A DNA stretch of 64,000 nt from Carcharhinus longimanus (taxonomy: Eukaryota), in the NCBI GenBank assembly GCA_030264375.1, contig JASCQW010000109.1, positions 43,896,666 through 43,960,665 on the forward strand, written 5' to 3'. The notes beneath the pieces were generated by a model. It had not been told where the DNA came from, did not search any database, and saw nothing but the letters and a program-made list of their open reading frames with translations. Both the position numbers and the translations under genes were made by a program. The stretch's first letter is position 1. Each line of letters begins with the position of its first letter. Of the stretch, positions 23,591-34,711 are shown piece by piece.

Positions 23591-26561
23591 ATATGTGATG
23601 ATATTGCCTGCATGTCATTGTAATTTAAAGGTGCTCAGTAGAGCAATGATTAACTTGGGACTGGAGAATAGCTTCTCATGCACAAAGTCAGATGTAGTAA
23701 ACTCTCAGAGAACAGTCTGAAACAGAACTCTGTAGTAAGCAACTGGCCTGCATGGTGAACAGCACCATGCATGATATTAGCTTGGGAACTGTAAATAGTT
23801 AAAGACTACCAATAAAGGGTTCATGCTTAAACATATGTGTCTTAATGTCTGCTCATTGAGACATCTGAAGAACCCATAATACAACACATGGTGGCAGCAA
23901 ACAGCAACCACATTACGACACCCTGTGTGCTGAATGGAANNNNNNNNNNNNNNNNNNNNNNNNNNNNNNNNNNNNNNNNNNNNNNNNNNNNNNNNNNNNN
24001 NNNNNNNNNNNNNNNNNNNNNNNNNNNNNNNNNNNNNNNATCAAATAAATAGGTTGGACTAAAACCTGGTGTTGTCAGACTTTTTACTGAATGGAATGGC
24101 GCAGAGAATTTCCATGAGACAGCTCAAATTTTAGGTTTGCAGTGCCCAAGGGAGGTGTCAGGGATGCAGGATCAGTGTGAAATTCCATCCTAGTGGGATG
24201 GAGAGCCACCCCATGCCTGAGCCACCTTGCCACCACGAGAGGCATCATGTCCAGGCACCACTGTTTCAAGGCTGTGGAAGGTTTTGACTGTGAGCAGGAT
24301 ATTAACAGACACACATATGGCAAGTTCTTGTGGTGTCAACCATACCCCATCCAGCATGCCCCAGACACTGGTCTCCCCGGCAATCTGAGCCCTCTGCCCA
24401 CAAGCCATATTGATGGAGGTACGTGTTCCTGAGCAGCAGCTCTCTAACAATCGTTTTACTCCCGAGAGAGCTCTAGCATGAGGCAAACATGTTCCAGGCC
24501 TTGATCAGTTCCCTACAAAAGACAAGCAATTCCTGCAAAGAAGGCATGGAGACCTCCCAGATTTAAAAACAGGAGCTACAGGTCACAGCTGAGGCCAACA
24601 TTGCCAGAGCATACCATCTACGAAGGAGCTCAACGTAAAGGTATAGTTGCTGTGTCTGGATACGGAAAGTCTCCACCTGGATGCTAAAACAATCCCCTAT
24701 CTGTATTTTCTTATCTAAGAACAATAAACAAAAACAGATGATCAGTAAATCCCTTATCTACACTTCCTGAAAGGCAATTAATACACATTAGCTGCTTCTG
24801 TTAATCTTAACAATATAATTTTAAAAAATTATAACAATGTAATTTCACAAGATATCAACACTTATGATCAGGGAAGGATCATGAAAACAGGTGCAGTGGT
24901 GAATAGAATATAGAATTTTATTATCTATGCAAAGGCAGAATTTAACTTTGGCTTCACCTGCAGTACAACATATAATCATACAGTCATTAGTTTAAAAACA
25001 GAAACTATTTTAAGATCACAAAAATAACTCAAAATGAAAGTAGAATAATGTTCCACCTTTCTTAACACACAAATATAAACTTAAATTTATACATTGTTAC
25101 TAAAAGTGCCTGCTTACTCTCACTACACTGAAATTCTTGTATGCCCAGTACCTGAAACTATGCTAATTTCAAGGTTATTTTCCTCTCTAAGCAGTCTTTT
25201 AATACACTTCTAAATGTTCATATATGTCCACAATGTTCCCCCAACTTTCCTTTCTGTAGTATCTGCTACAGGGTAAATGTGATTTCCTTGGAGAGAGTCC
25301 CAGGATGCCCATAAGAATCCATAATAAATGGTATGATTCATAATTAAGGAACCATGCTGAGTTTGTTTCCCACCTCTGAGTAAACCCGATTTCAAGATGC
25401 TTTATGTACTGGGCAATTAATTAGTGGCACAGGATTAAAATTAGCATATCCTGAACTTTTAATGTTTGCACACATTCCTGTGCATTGTAATTGTTGAAAT
25501 CTTCTGCATCTATGATTTAAAAATCACAGCTGGAATTGAATGTGCATTTATAATTCCTGTTTGTAATAAAAAGCAGCTTCAGCAATATTGATTTATTAAG
25601 GATTAAAATTGTTAGCTATTCCCATGAGGAGAAAATATGCTATCAAAAGCTCTGAAACAACATTAATATGATTAAAAACATCTTCAAATATGTGCAGGTA
25701 TTGTATCAGAAATGTGCATATTACAATGATTTATAAATACTGCATTTATTTCATAATTAAAACAGTCCATAAATCACAAGTATCGCAGATACCAAATAAC
25801 AAAAATTAGTATTATGCTGCACTGCTATTGATATAAATTATATAATATTTTGTATCCATTTAGCTGCAGAGATAGGTCTTGGTGCACAAGTAAAAAGCAC
25901 AATTTCCTCAGATGTGCCTGGTTCTGAAGTAATCGCAGCCTTACTCAGCAGATCTTAACCTCATAAAGGGAAGTGAAGCAGTAAAATAATTTAAAACAGG
26001 CAGTGCAGCTGATTTCCAGAGACAATTGGGCACATTTCTAAAATGGGAAATAGCTGAGGACTGCTGAAAGTGGGATTAGCCAATCAAAGAAACAACGATT
26101 GCCGTGTTGTACTTGAAGAAGCCCACAACAGCACCAGAAGAGAGTTTTCAACTTTTGTAGGAATTTGGAATCTATACTCAACCCCAAAATAAGAACATTA
26201 CTGTCAAAGAATGATCATATTGGCAAAAAGGACAATCACTAAAGTCACTATGGATATGGGGTTAACAGAAAATTTGATCACACAGAAGATGAGAAGCTGG
26301 AAAATAGCACTGCTTGTAAACAGGGAAACAAATCTAAGTACCTTTCTGTTTGTGGATGAGTGGTGTGGAGAAATGTCCCTCACTGTAAATGCTAGCACAG
26401 AAAAGCCATTGACAAACCATGAAAAACATGACATATTGACTGAGCTGTACAGTGCCTGTAGCTACACTATTTCTGCTGTGAAGTGAAAATTGTTCCATAA
26501 CCTTTAGCTCAAGTCCACCTAAGTGGCACCCACAGATTTAAAATGAATTGACCCAATATTC

Positions 26562-26671
26562 AGTCCTAGTTCCAATATTGTTTTATTGGTTAAATGTAGA
26601 GTGACAAATTAACATTAGTCCTAGTTCCAATATTGTTTCATTGGTTAAATGTAGAGTGACAAATTAACATT
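26562..26671. repeat. 55-bp tandem duplication (2 copies, 1 mismatch)
   Basis: AGTCCTAGTTCCAATATTGTTT(T/C)ATTGGTTAAATGTAGAGTGACAAATTAACATT at 26562-26616 and 26617-26671. Confidence 0.95.
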
Positions 26672-26706
26672 TAATTTAAAAATTACTGTAAGATTATTGT
26701 AAAATT

Positions 26707-28950
26707 CAGTATATGGACGGTCCGGCCAGAGAGGAGGCAAAACTTGACGTCCTCTTGGGAAATAAGGAAGGGCAGGTGACAGAAGTGTTAACGAGGGAAC
26801 ATTTTGGGACCAGTGACCTTAATTCTATTAGTTTTGGGATAGCTATGGAGAATGATAGGTCTGGCCCAAAAGTTAAAATTCTAAATTGGGGCAAGGCCAA
26901 TTTTGATGGTTATCAGGTAGTAACTTTCAAAGGTTAATTGGGGGAGTTTATAGAAAAGCTAAGGGATGTTAGGTAAGTGGGAGGCTTTCAAAAGTGTGTT
27001 AACATTCCTCTTAGATTGAAGAGCAAGGCTAGTTGAAGTAGGGAATTACAGAAGTGAGGCCCTGGTCAAGAAGAAGAAGGAGGCACATGACATGCATAGG
27101 CAGTTGGGATCAAGTGAATCCCTTGAAGAGTGTAGGGGTGCAGGAGTAGTTAAGAGGAAAATCAGGAGGGCAAAAAAGGAACACGAAATTGTACTGGCAG
27201 ATAAGGCAAAGGAGAATCCAAAGAGCTTCTACAAATACATAAAGGGCAACAAGATCATCTATGTGTGGATCCACAAGAGATGGGTGGGATCTTAAATGAA
27301 TATTTCACATCAGTAATTACTGGTGAAAAAAGTATGGATGTTAAGGAGTTTGGGTAAATAAACAGTGATGTCTTGAGGAGCATACATATTACAGAGGAGG
27401 TGGTGCTGGAAGTCCTACAGTGCATCAAGGAAGATAAATCCCCATGACCTGATGAAGCGCAGCCCAAGACATTGTGGGAGTCTTGGGAGGATAGCAGAGA
27501 TATTGAATCAATGTTAGTCACAGGTGAGGTGCCTGAAGATTGGAGGGTAGCAAATGTTGTGTCTTTGTTTAAAAATGGCTGCAAGGAAAAGCCTGGGAAC
27601 TACAGGCCAGTGAGCCTCACATCTATGGTGGATACATTTTTGGAAGGTATTTTGAGATCTACAGGCATTTAGAGATGCAAAGACTGATTAGGGACAGTCA
27701 GCATGGCTTTGTGAGTGGAGAATCATGTCTCACATTTGATTGAGTTTTTTGAAAGGGTAACCAAGAAGGTAGATGAGGGCAGTGCAGTTGTTGTTGTCTA
27801 CATGGACTTTAGCAAGACCTTTGACAAGGTACCGCATGGGAGGTTGTTGCATAAGGTTAAATCTCACGGGATCCAGGGTGACGTAGCTAAATGGATACAA
27901 AATTGGCTTGATGACAGAAGCCAGAGGGTGGCTGTAGAATGATGTTTTTCAAATTGGAGAGCTGTGATCAGCGGTGTGCCTCAGGGATCAGTACTAGGTC
28001 TACTGTTATGTCATTTATATTAAAGATTTGGATGAAAATATAGGAGGTATGGTTACTAAGTTTGCAGATGACACCAAGAATGGTGGCATAGTGAATACTG
28101 AAGAAAGTTATCTCTGACTGCAATGGGAACTTGATCTGACAGCAGTCAGCAGTCTGACAAATGGCAAATGGAGTTTAATTTAGATAAATGCAAGGTGATG
28201 CATTTTGGTAGATTGAACCAGGGCAGGACTTATTCAGTTAATGATAGGGCATTGGGAAGAGTTACAGAAGGAAGAGATCTAGGAGTACAGGTTCATAGCT
28301 CCTTGAAAGTAGAGTTACAAGTGGACAGAGTGGTGAAGAAGACATTCAGCATGCTAGGTTTCATTGGTCAGAACATTGAATACAGGAGTTGGTACGTCTT
28401 GTTGAAGTTGTACAAGACATTGGTAAGTCCACACTTGGAATACTGTGTACAGTTCTGGTCACCCTATTATAGAAAGGATATTATTAAACTAGAAAGAGTG
28501 CAGANNNNNNNNNNNNNNNNNNNNNNNATGCTACCAGGATTGAGTTATAAGGAGAGGCTGAACAGACTGGGACTTTTTTCTCTGGAGCATAGGAGGCTGA
28601 GGGGCAATATTATAGAGTTCTATAAAATAATGGGGGGCATAGATCAGCTAGTCAATACTTTTTCCAAAGATAGGGGAAGCTAGAACCAGAGGGCATAGAT
28701 TTAAGGTGAGAGGGGAGAGATACAAAGTGTCCAGAGGAGAAATTGTTTCATACAGAGAGTCCTGAGTGTCTGGAATAAGCTGACAGGGGTAGTAGTAGAG
28801 GCAGATACAATTTTGTCTTTTAAAAGGCATATAGGGATATGGACCAAATGCGGGCAATTGGGATTAGCTTAGGGGTTTGAAAAAAGGGTGGCATGGACAA
28901 GTTGAGCTTCAGGGCCTGTTTCCATGCTGTAAACCACTATGACTCTATAT
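26707..28950 (+). mobile_element. 5'-truncated CR1 LINE (ORF2 endonuclease-RT remnant)
   Basis: VPEDWRVANVVSLFK, PGNYRPVSLTS, YMDFSKTFDKVPHGRLL, KFADDTK, PHLEYCVQFWSP motifs; many stops and frameshifts; ACTATGACTCTAT tail. Confidence 0.93.
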
Positions 28951-29321
28951 ATGCCAGGATTGAAGCTTAAATTCTTAATTGCTTCAATTCCTACTCTGAC
29001 CATACAGAATTCTGGGCTTCTACAACTTATTCAATGTGAGAATGGAATTGTTAAATAGAATAAGTGGCACATTGTCCTTTTAGTTTGGAGACCTGGATTG
29101 ACATCTAGTTGTGACTGAAGCAGTAAACATTTCTCTCTGTAAAAAAATTGGAAATGCTTAACTAGAACATCAGAAATTCAGAGCAGAAAATTTTCTGTAG
29201 TACAACATATTTTGGTAGTTCCACTCGAGATCAAACACATTAAAAAAAGCCCCATTCCATTTGCCATTGATGCAATGGAATTTTATGAGAACCATTTAGC
29301 GCACATATATAGTTCAGTCTT

Positions 29322-29680
29322 GTTTTATTATTCATTAATGGGACATGGGCGTCGCTAGCTGGCCAGCACTTATTGCCCATCCCTAGTTGCCCTTGAAAAG
29401 ATGATAGTGAGCTGCTTTCTTGAATTGCTACAGTCCATGTGCTGTGGGTTGACCCATATTGCTGTTAAGGAGGGAATTGCAGGATTTTGACCCAGCGACT
29501 GTGAAGGAATGGTGATATATTTAAGTCATGATGGGGAATAGCTTGGAGGGAAACTTGTGATCCCATGTATCTGCTGCCCTTGTCCTTCGAGACGGAAGTG
29601 GTCGTGGGTTTGGAAGATGCTGTTTATGGATCTTTGGTGAATTGCTGCAATGCATCTTGTAGATAGTATACACTGCTTGT
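29322..29680 (-). mobile_element. LINE 3' end (unassigned shark family)
   Basis: AVYTIYKMHCSNSP..QHLPNPRPLPSRRTRAA RT C-terminus; the 3' tail is shared with the SINE at 49412-49733. Confidence 0.7.
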
Positions 29681-31612
29681 CGAATGCAAAGCAATTTAAA
29701 CAAAAATCTATAATAAAAATAGCAGCTATTACTTACAGAGCTACTTTCTTGTTAATGGGAATTTTAGCTCATTTTCATTTTGCTTTTAATTTTAAATTGT
29801 AACAAGTTAGTGAGTGTAACACTTATGAATCTACCAATTGACTGCCAACTGAACCTCTTGATTTAACACTTAACTCATTCACTGCTATTCAAGTTTTTGC
29901 TTTTTCTTTCTAAAGACTATACCAAGATAGAGCATGGTGCAGAAGATTGATGCAAAGGTAACCTGTCAATATCACTAACCATATAATTATTCAGGGTAGG
30001 AGTCATACATTACTGATCCAATAATGATCAACAAAATGGTGAGATGAATAGTTTTTCAGTTTGTGTTTGTACAACAAATATGGACTAGTCAGTCACACTA
30101 CATTGAACGTGAAATGATGTTAGTTGACAATTTTCGGTTGAAGTTTCACTTTTGTCTAAGTTAAAGGTTTGTAGGTTCAAACTCCACTTTGGAGAGGAGT
30201 ACTGAATCCAGGTTGCCACTACAATGTACCACTAAGGGAGTGATATTTTCATCTTTAGTTAAGACGTTAAGCTATGTCTGCTTCTCATGGTGGACATAAA
30301 ACAACACATGTCACTGGAAGAGTTCAAACATCATGGAAACAGATTATTTGGCAATTTTGGTGATTGGGGTATCTTGTGGTGTACACATTGCATGTCACAT
30401 TCATCTACAGTACAAATGGAACTACACATCAAAAATACATAATTGGATATAGTGTGCTTTGGGTTGTGAGGGATACTTTATAAATGCAAATTCTTTCTTT
30501 ACAGAGATAATTTCTATTATAATTATCACAACTTGTATGGGACATAAAAATGTAAGAACACAATATAGTAATTTCAAATAGACTGCGAACTACAATTATG
30601 ATTTCATCCAATTATTCCCTGGCCGCAACTTCTCCTCCAACTGAAGATGGCACTCGGTTTTGTCTTTGCATGCACACAATACTCATTGGAATGCAGTTGG
30701 TATGTGTAAGCATAGGTCGACGGCAGACATTAACTGCAGAATTTACTGATTTATTCAATGACAATCATGGGATAAATTCTATATTCAGTGACTTATTGCT
30801 TAACCTATTTTGCACATTACTAGGTAATGGCTAATAAACTAAATAAACACCAAGAAAATGTATTATTCAGTAATAGAAAAAGCTTTACAGAAAGGAAGTT
30901 TACATAAGATTCCACTTTACAAGTTGAACATAAATACGATGACAAAAGTATTTTCAAGCAGTGATTTCCTTTAATCATGAAGAACAGATAGATTTTTGAA
31001 AGTCTTGAAAAAAAAACAAGGAATTATAAAGTTCTTGTAGTTTTTTTTAAACAAATGAAGCCATGGAAAGATAGCTATAGCAGACATTAAATGAAAATGC
31101 AGAATATTTATAGCAAGTTTTTTTTATTTTCCTGCATTCCTTGGTGACCAATTTCCTGAAATTTAAAAGTAAAGTAAATATGATTTTCTCCAGGCAACAG
31201 TGGACTCAGTCAAGGGAAGCAGCCACTTTAATTTGCAAGAGTTAATGAATAGGAATTCAAATAACTGACAATGAAGCATCATCCAACAGCTGGATACATA
31301 TGCAACAATGCTGCTGGAGTTGTTAAAGAATTTATCTCAATTTAGGATAATACAATATAAATGGGTTGCACAACTAGATAACAGGACAGCAAAAGAACAG
31401 GTTTCAAAACTCAAAAACCTTTTTTTCCTCTATATGGAAAAAGGGCAAATAACAATTTAACGTTGCTGCTCCAAAAATACCTCATCCCAGTTATGGAGTG
31501 GTATCAATACAAGTTATGCAAAAAAAAACACCTTGCATTTATAGAAGCATCTTATCTTGTTTTACATAGAGGTGGAGATGCTGGCATTGATGAACTGGGC
31601 ACAGTAGGAAGT

Positions 31613-31765
31613 CTCACAAAACCAGGTTGAAGTCCAACAGGGTTATTTGGAATCACGAGCTTTCGGAGCACTGCTCCTTCATCAAGCAACGCCTGATGGA
31701 GGAGCAGTGCTCCGAAAGCTTGAGATTCCAAATAGCCTTGTTGGATTTTAACCTGGTGTTGTGAG
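31613..31765. repeat. inverted repeat (74-bp arms, 5-nt loop) of Penelope pseudo-LTR ends carrying hammerhead-like cores
   Basis: 31613-31686 is a near reverse complement of 31692-31765; same family as 18021-18105. Confidence 0.9.
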
Positions 31766-31999
31766 TTGTTTTACGTAGAGACACAGTTACCACAACATGC
31801 ACATTTCAGTCAAAAGCTGGTCGATACGCAATTGTATTTCAAGTGTGGTGAACTGCAGTTGCTGTGACACAAGAGGGTCTAGCTTATCTAATTTTAAAAG
31901 TATTTGTTGAAAGAAGAATGTCAGCCAAGGAATTGAAATGGTTCTCTTCTGCTGTTTTAATAGTGCCACAATAGCTTGAACTATAGAATTAGAAATTTT

Positions 32000-32570
32000 T
32001 GGGAGAACTGCGCTCAGAGCCTAAGCGTCATCCTGGTGGTAAAAGCAGTGTGATTTCTGCTGGGTGGGTCACCACAGTCCAGATCGCAATCCACCCATAC
32101 TTAGACCTTTTATTTGGAGCTTGGGGTGATTTCCACTGGGAAAGAAATGTGCAGGACCTAAAGAGGTTGGCACAGCTAGCTCCTCAGATATCAGGGTGCC
32201 TTCTTTGAAAGAAATTCCAGCCATGTCCCTGACCACCCAGGACTTTAATGGCCCCCCAGTCCCCCAGCATGGTCATCACACCTGATCTGCTTTTGTGGAG
32301 ACCAGAAAGGATTCCCCTGGCTTCATGTTGCGATAGCATGAGGGAGAATTGAAGGGGCATGGTGAATTTGGCTTAAAGCTAGACATGTTAATGATTTAAA
32401 TATGCTAATTTGGTTCACACCCTCTCCGGGCATTAACCAGATTACACGCCGACCAGGGAGAATCTCAAAAGTAGTTGTCCGTGGCACAAATCACGTTTGG
32501 TCCCACTCGTGGGAGTCGCCGGCTATAATGCGATTCGTGCCTGCGCATATCAGGCTGGAGAATCGCCCCC
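32000..32570. mobile_element. probable non-autonomous DNA transposon
   Basis: GC-rich insert in AT-rich context ending GGAGAATCGCCCCC, a TIR-like end; no ORF similarity recognised. Confidence 0.35.
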
Positions 32571-33017
32571 TATACTTTAGTAATACAGCTCATGTGAATC
32601 CGCTAGACTTCTCACAACGTGGATTTTGTGTTTAACTACATGTCAATTCTCAGTGCAATTCACAGTAATTAATTACATTTCTTTGAAATATTTGAGGTAC
32701 ACACCAAGAAAATATAGACAAACCTAAAAGTGCATTTAGTTAAATAATCAGCCTGGCTCAGCAAAAAAAAAACTGGTGGCATAGTATTCTATTACAGTTT
32801 AGTCCCTTTCACACATTCTCCATTACTGTATATAGTTATATAAAAGTTGATCTCCTGTTGACCCCAGGTTTTTCAGGGAATTAATCCCAAAAATTTCAGA
32901 ACCAAAAGAATAATCTTGAAGATGTCGGTGATTTGATTTCATTGTTAATGTATAAATACTAACGAAAATATGCACTGGTAAATAAATGCTTAAAACGTCT
33001 AAATGTTTAAATTTGTT

Positions 33018-33532
33018 TTTATTCATGGTTTGTAATGTTCTAAAAATAAATAAAATGTTAGTTAATTAATATGAATGTTTTTTGTTTTTTAAATTTTATT
33101 CCATAATAATGGTCTTTTTTGAATCTTTTATCCAAATCAAGCACATATCAATCCCTCGAAAGTAATAGCCATGTAAAGTCTACCCCGGTGACTTTTGGCC
33201 TAAAATGTTGGCCTCAAATGTTTGACTTTGATGTATGTGTATACAGCACTTCATAATTCACACTATAATCACAAATCAATATTTCATACTGTAAGATAAG
33301 AATGAAAATATTTGTATTGCTATTACTTTACACTGGATATTAAAAAACAAATGGAGGCAATTAATTACAGAGAGCATGAAAGTTTCAATCACTCAAAAAC
33401 AAAAGTTCTGATTTTAAGAAAATCTAGCAGCATGCTGAACTTTACTATCTGAATACTGTGGTACATTCCTGCAGAATTGGGATTGAATAAAGATAAACAT
33501 TTAAAAACAACAATGTATTCTTCAAGTTTATT
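33018..33532 (-). terminator. candidate FAM114A2 poly(A) signals (AATAAA at 33532-33527, 33100-33095, 33023-33018)
   Basis: Canonical hexamers on the minus strand 170-680 nt after the stop codon. Confidence 0.35.
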
Positions 33533-33700
33533 CTGAGCAGGAATTTTTTTCTTCTCTCTATTGAAGTTCATTCCTCTCAGAATCTGTGTCTAAAACAGCC
33601 CCGATTGTTGCAAAATGCATCCTAAAATAATCCACAGTGACAGTTTTTTTTTGGCATATAATTCACACAGATTTCATATCAGACAAGTAGATTAGACCAG

Positions 33701-33802
33701 TCAGTGTGCAGTGGTGTCCAAGCGAATCTGGATTTGAGATATTTGAAGAACTGGAAGCAGGAGCTGGAATGCGTCCTGAATGTAAGTTGCACTGTTGGAA
33801 GC
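33701..33802 (-). CDS. FAM114A2: FAM114A2 coding exon 13 (ASNSATYIQDAFQLLLPVLQIS...TAH*)
   Basis: 102 nt including TGA; matches the FAM114 C-terminal ASNSASYIQDAFQLLLPVL. Confidence 0.95.
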   Translation of the reverse strand, partial: ASNSATYIQDAFQLLLPVLQISQIQIRLDTTAH

Positions 33803-34711
33803 CTGGAAAGGAAGTTTAAACATAATATGAAATGCTGCAGCAGAGATTTGCTTTTGGCCAAAAGAATTACTTCCAGATATTCACAAGCATGACAGCAGGA
33901 TGATAAACACATGAGTTATACAATCCTGCCTCTGCATTTGAGTTACTGGATGAATTTTACTAGCATAATGAGAGCTGAGCTTTTATTGAATGCTGAGGCT
34001 TGTTTTGCTTTTACAACTAAACCAGAGTGAAGGATAAACACTGGTGATCAGGCAGCAGAGAAGCTGCAGTTGAGAGAAGACCAGATAAATTAGGAAATTG
34101 TGATCAAGCCAAGGATTTTAAAAACGCCAAGGTTGTGACAGATAGCAAACATTGAGGAAGTCAAGAGCTGACAGTTTTACATTCCAAGAGCAGCATTTCA
34201 CACAACCTGCAGCTACTTTCCACATTTGGTTCTACAAATAATTTGATCTTTTCTCCTATTGACTGGTTTACACAAAGCAGTCGTTTAAATTAGCAGTCTG
34301 CTTTTATAGAGCTCTCAAAGAATGACAGAAATGGAAGATGTACATTTCAACTATTCACCAGACTGAAATATTAGAAGTTATAAGCATATAAGCACATTAT
34401 TTGGTAATCTATTATGAAAGATAGATTTGAAAAACAAAGGGCAATGGACCACTGGCAGATAATAGATAATTTTGGATTAATCTGTATATTTCATGCCATA
34501 TTTCAAAAGTAAATTCTCTGCTTTGGCAAGCTGCTAAAATTTCCTCTGTCTTTTATAGCATTCTATTTGCGCCTGCTGTATGTACGTGTCTTGCTGTAGA
34601 CCGATATATTTTGTACAGAATGCATTTGCAATATTTTTCTGTAATGGTAACTTAAAAAAAAAGAACTTTGATTTACGTTGGTTATCTTATTCTTAGGATG
34701 TTTAAAACACT

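Larger units (their letters stand above)
20638..23886 (+). mobile_element. degenerate Gypsy-type LTR retroelement (LTRs about 20638-20917 and 23594-23886) with two nested SINEs
   Basis: Two diverged direct repeats sharing TTGCCTGCATGTCA..AAAGGTGCTCAG..AAATAGTTAAAGACTACCAATAAA; the internal 3' end reads KRNRK..RTVKPQDCQNL*, like Gypsy pol tails; PBS-like TGGTGGCAGC at 23889. Confidence 0.65.
15172..30749 (+). pseudogene. candidate unannotated spliced gene/pseudogene; exons 15172-15231, 15409-15561, 16188-16276, 18952-19216, 25260-25330, 26161-26337, 29916-29957, 30647-30749
   Basis: AG/GT-bounded segments whose phases chain (0-0, 0-0, 0-2, 2-0, 0-2, 2-2, 2-2, 2-stop); 6 of 8 have no premature stop; in-frame stops at 19100, 19142, 19187 and 26240; AATAAA at 30833 and 30842; no family recognised. 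Confidence 0.4.

Noticed and set aside
28168-28683. 171 aa ORF, the longest real ORF in the track
   Set aside because: It is a fragment of a decayed CR1 ORF2, not a host gene; the element has many stops.
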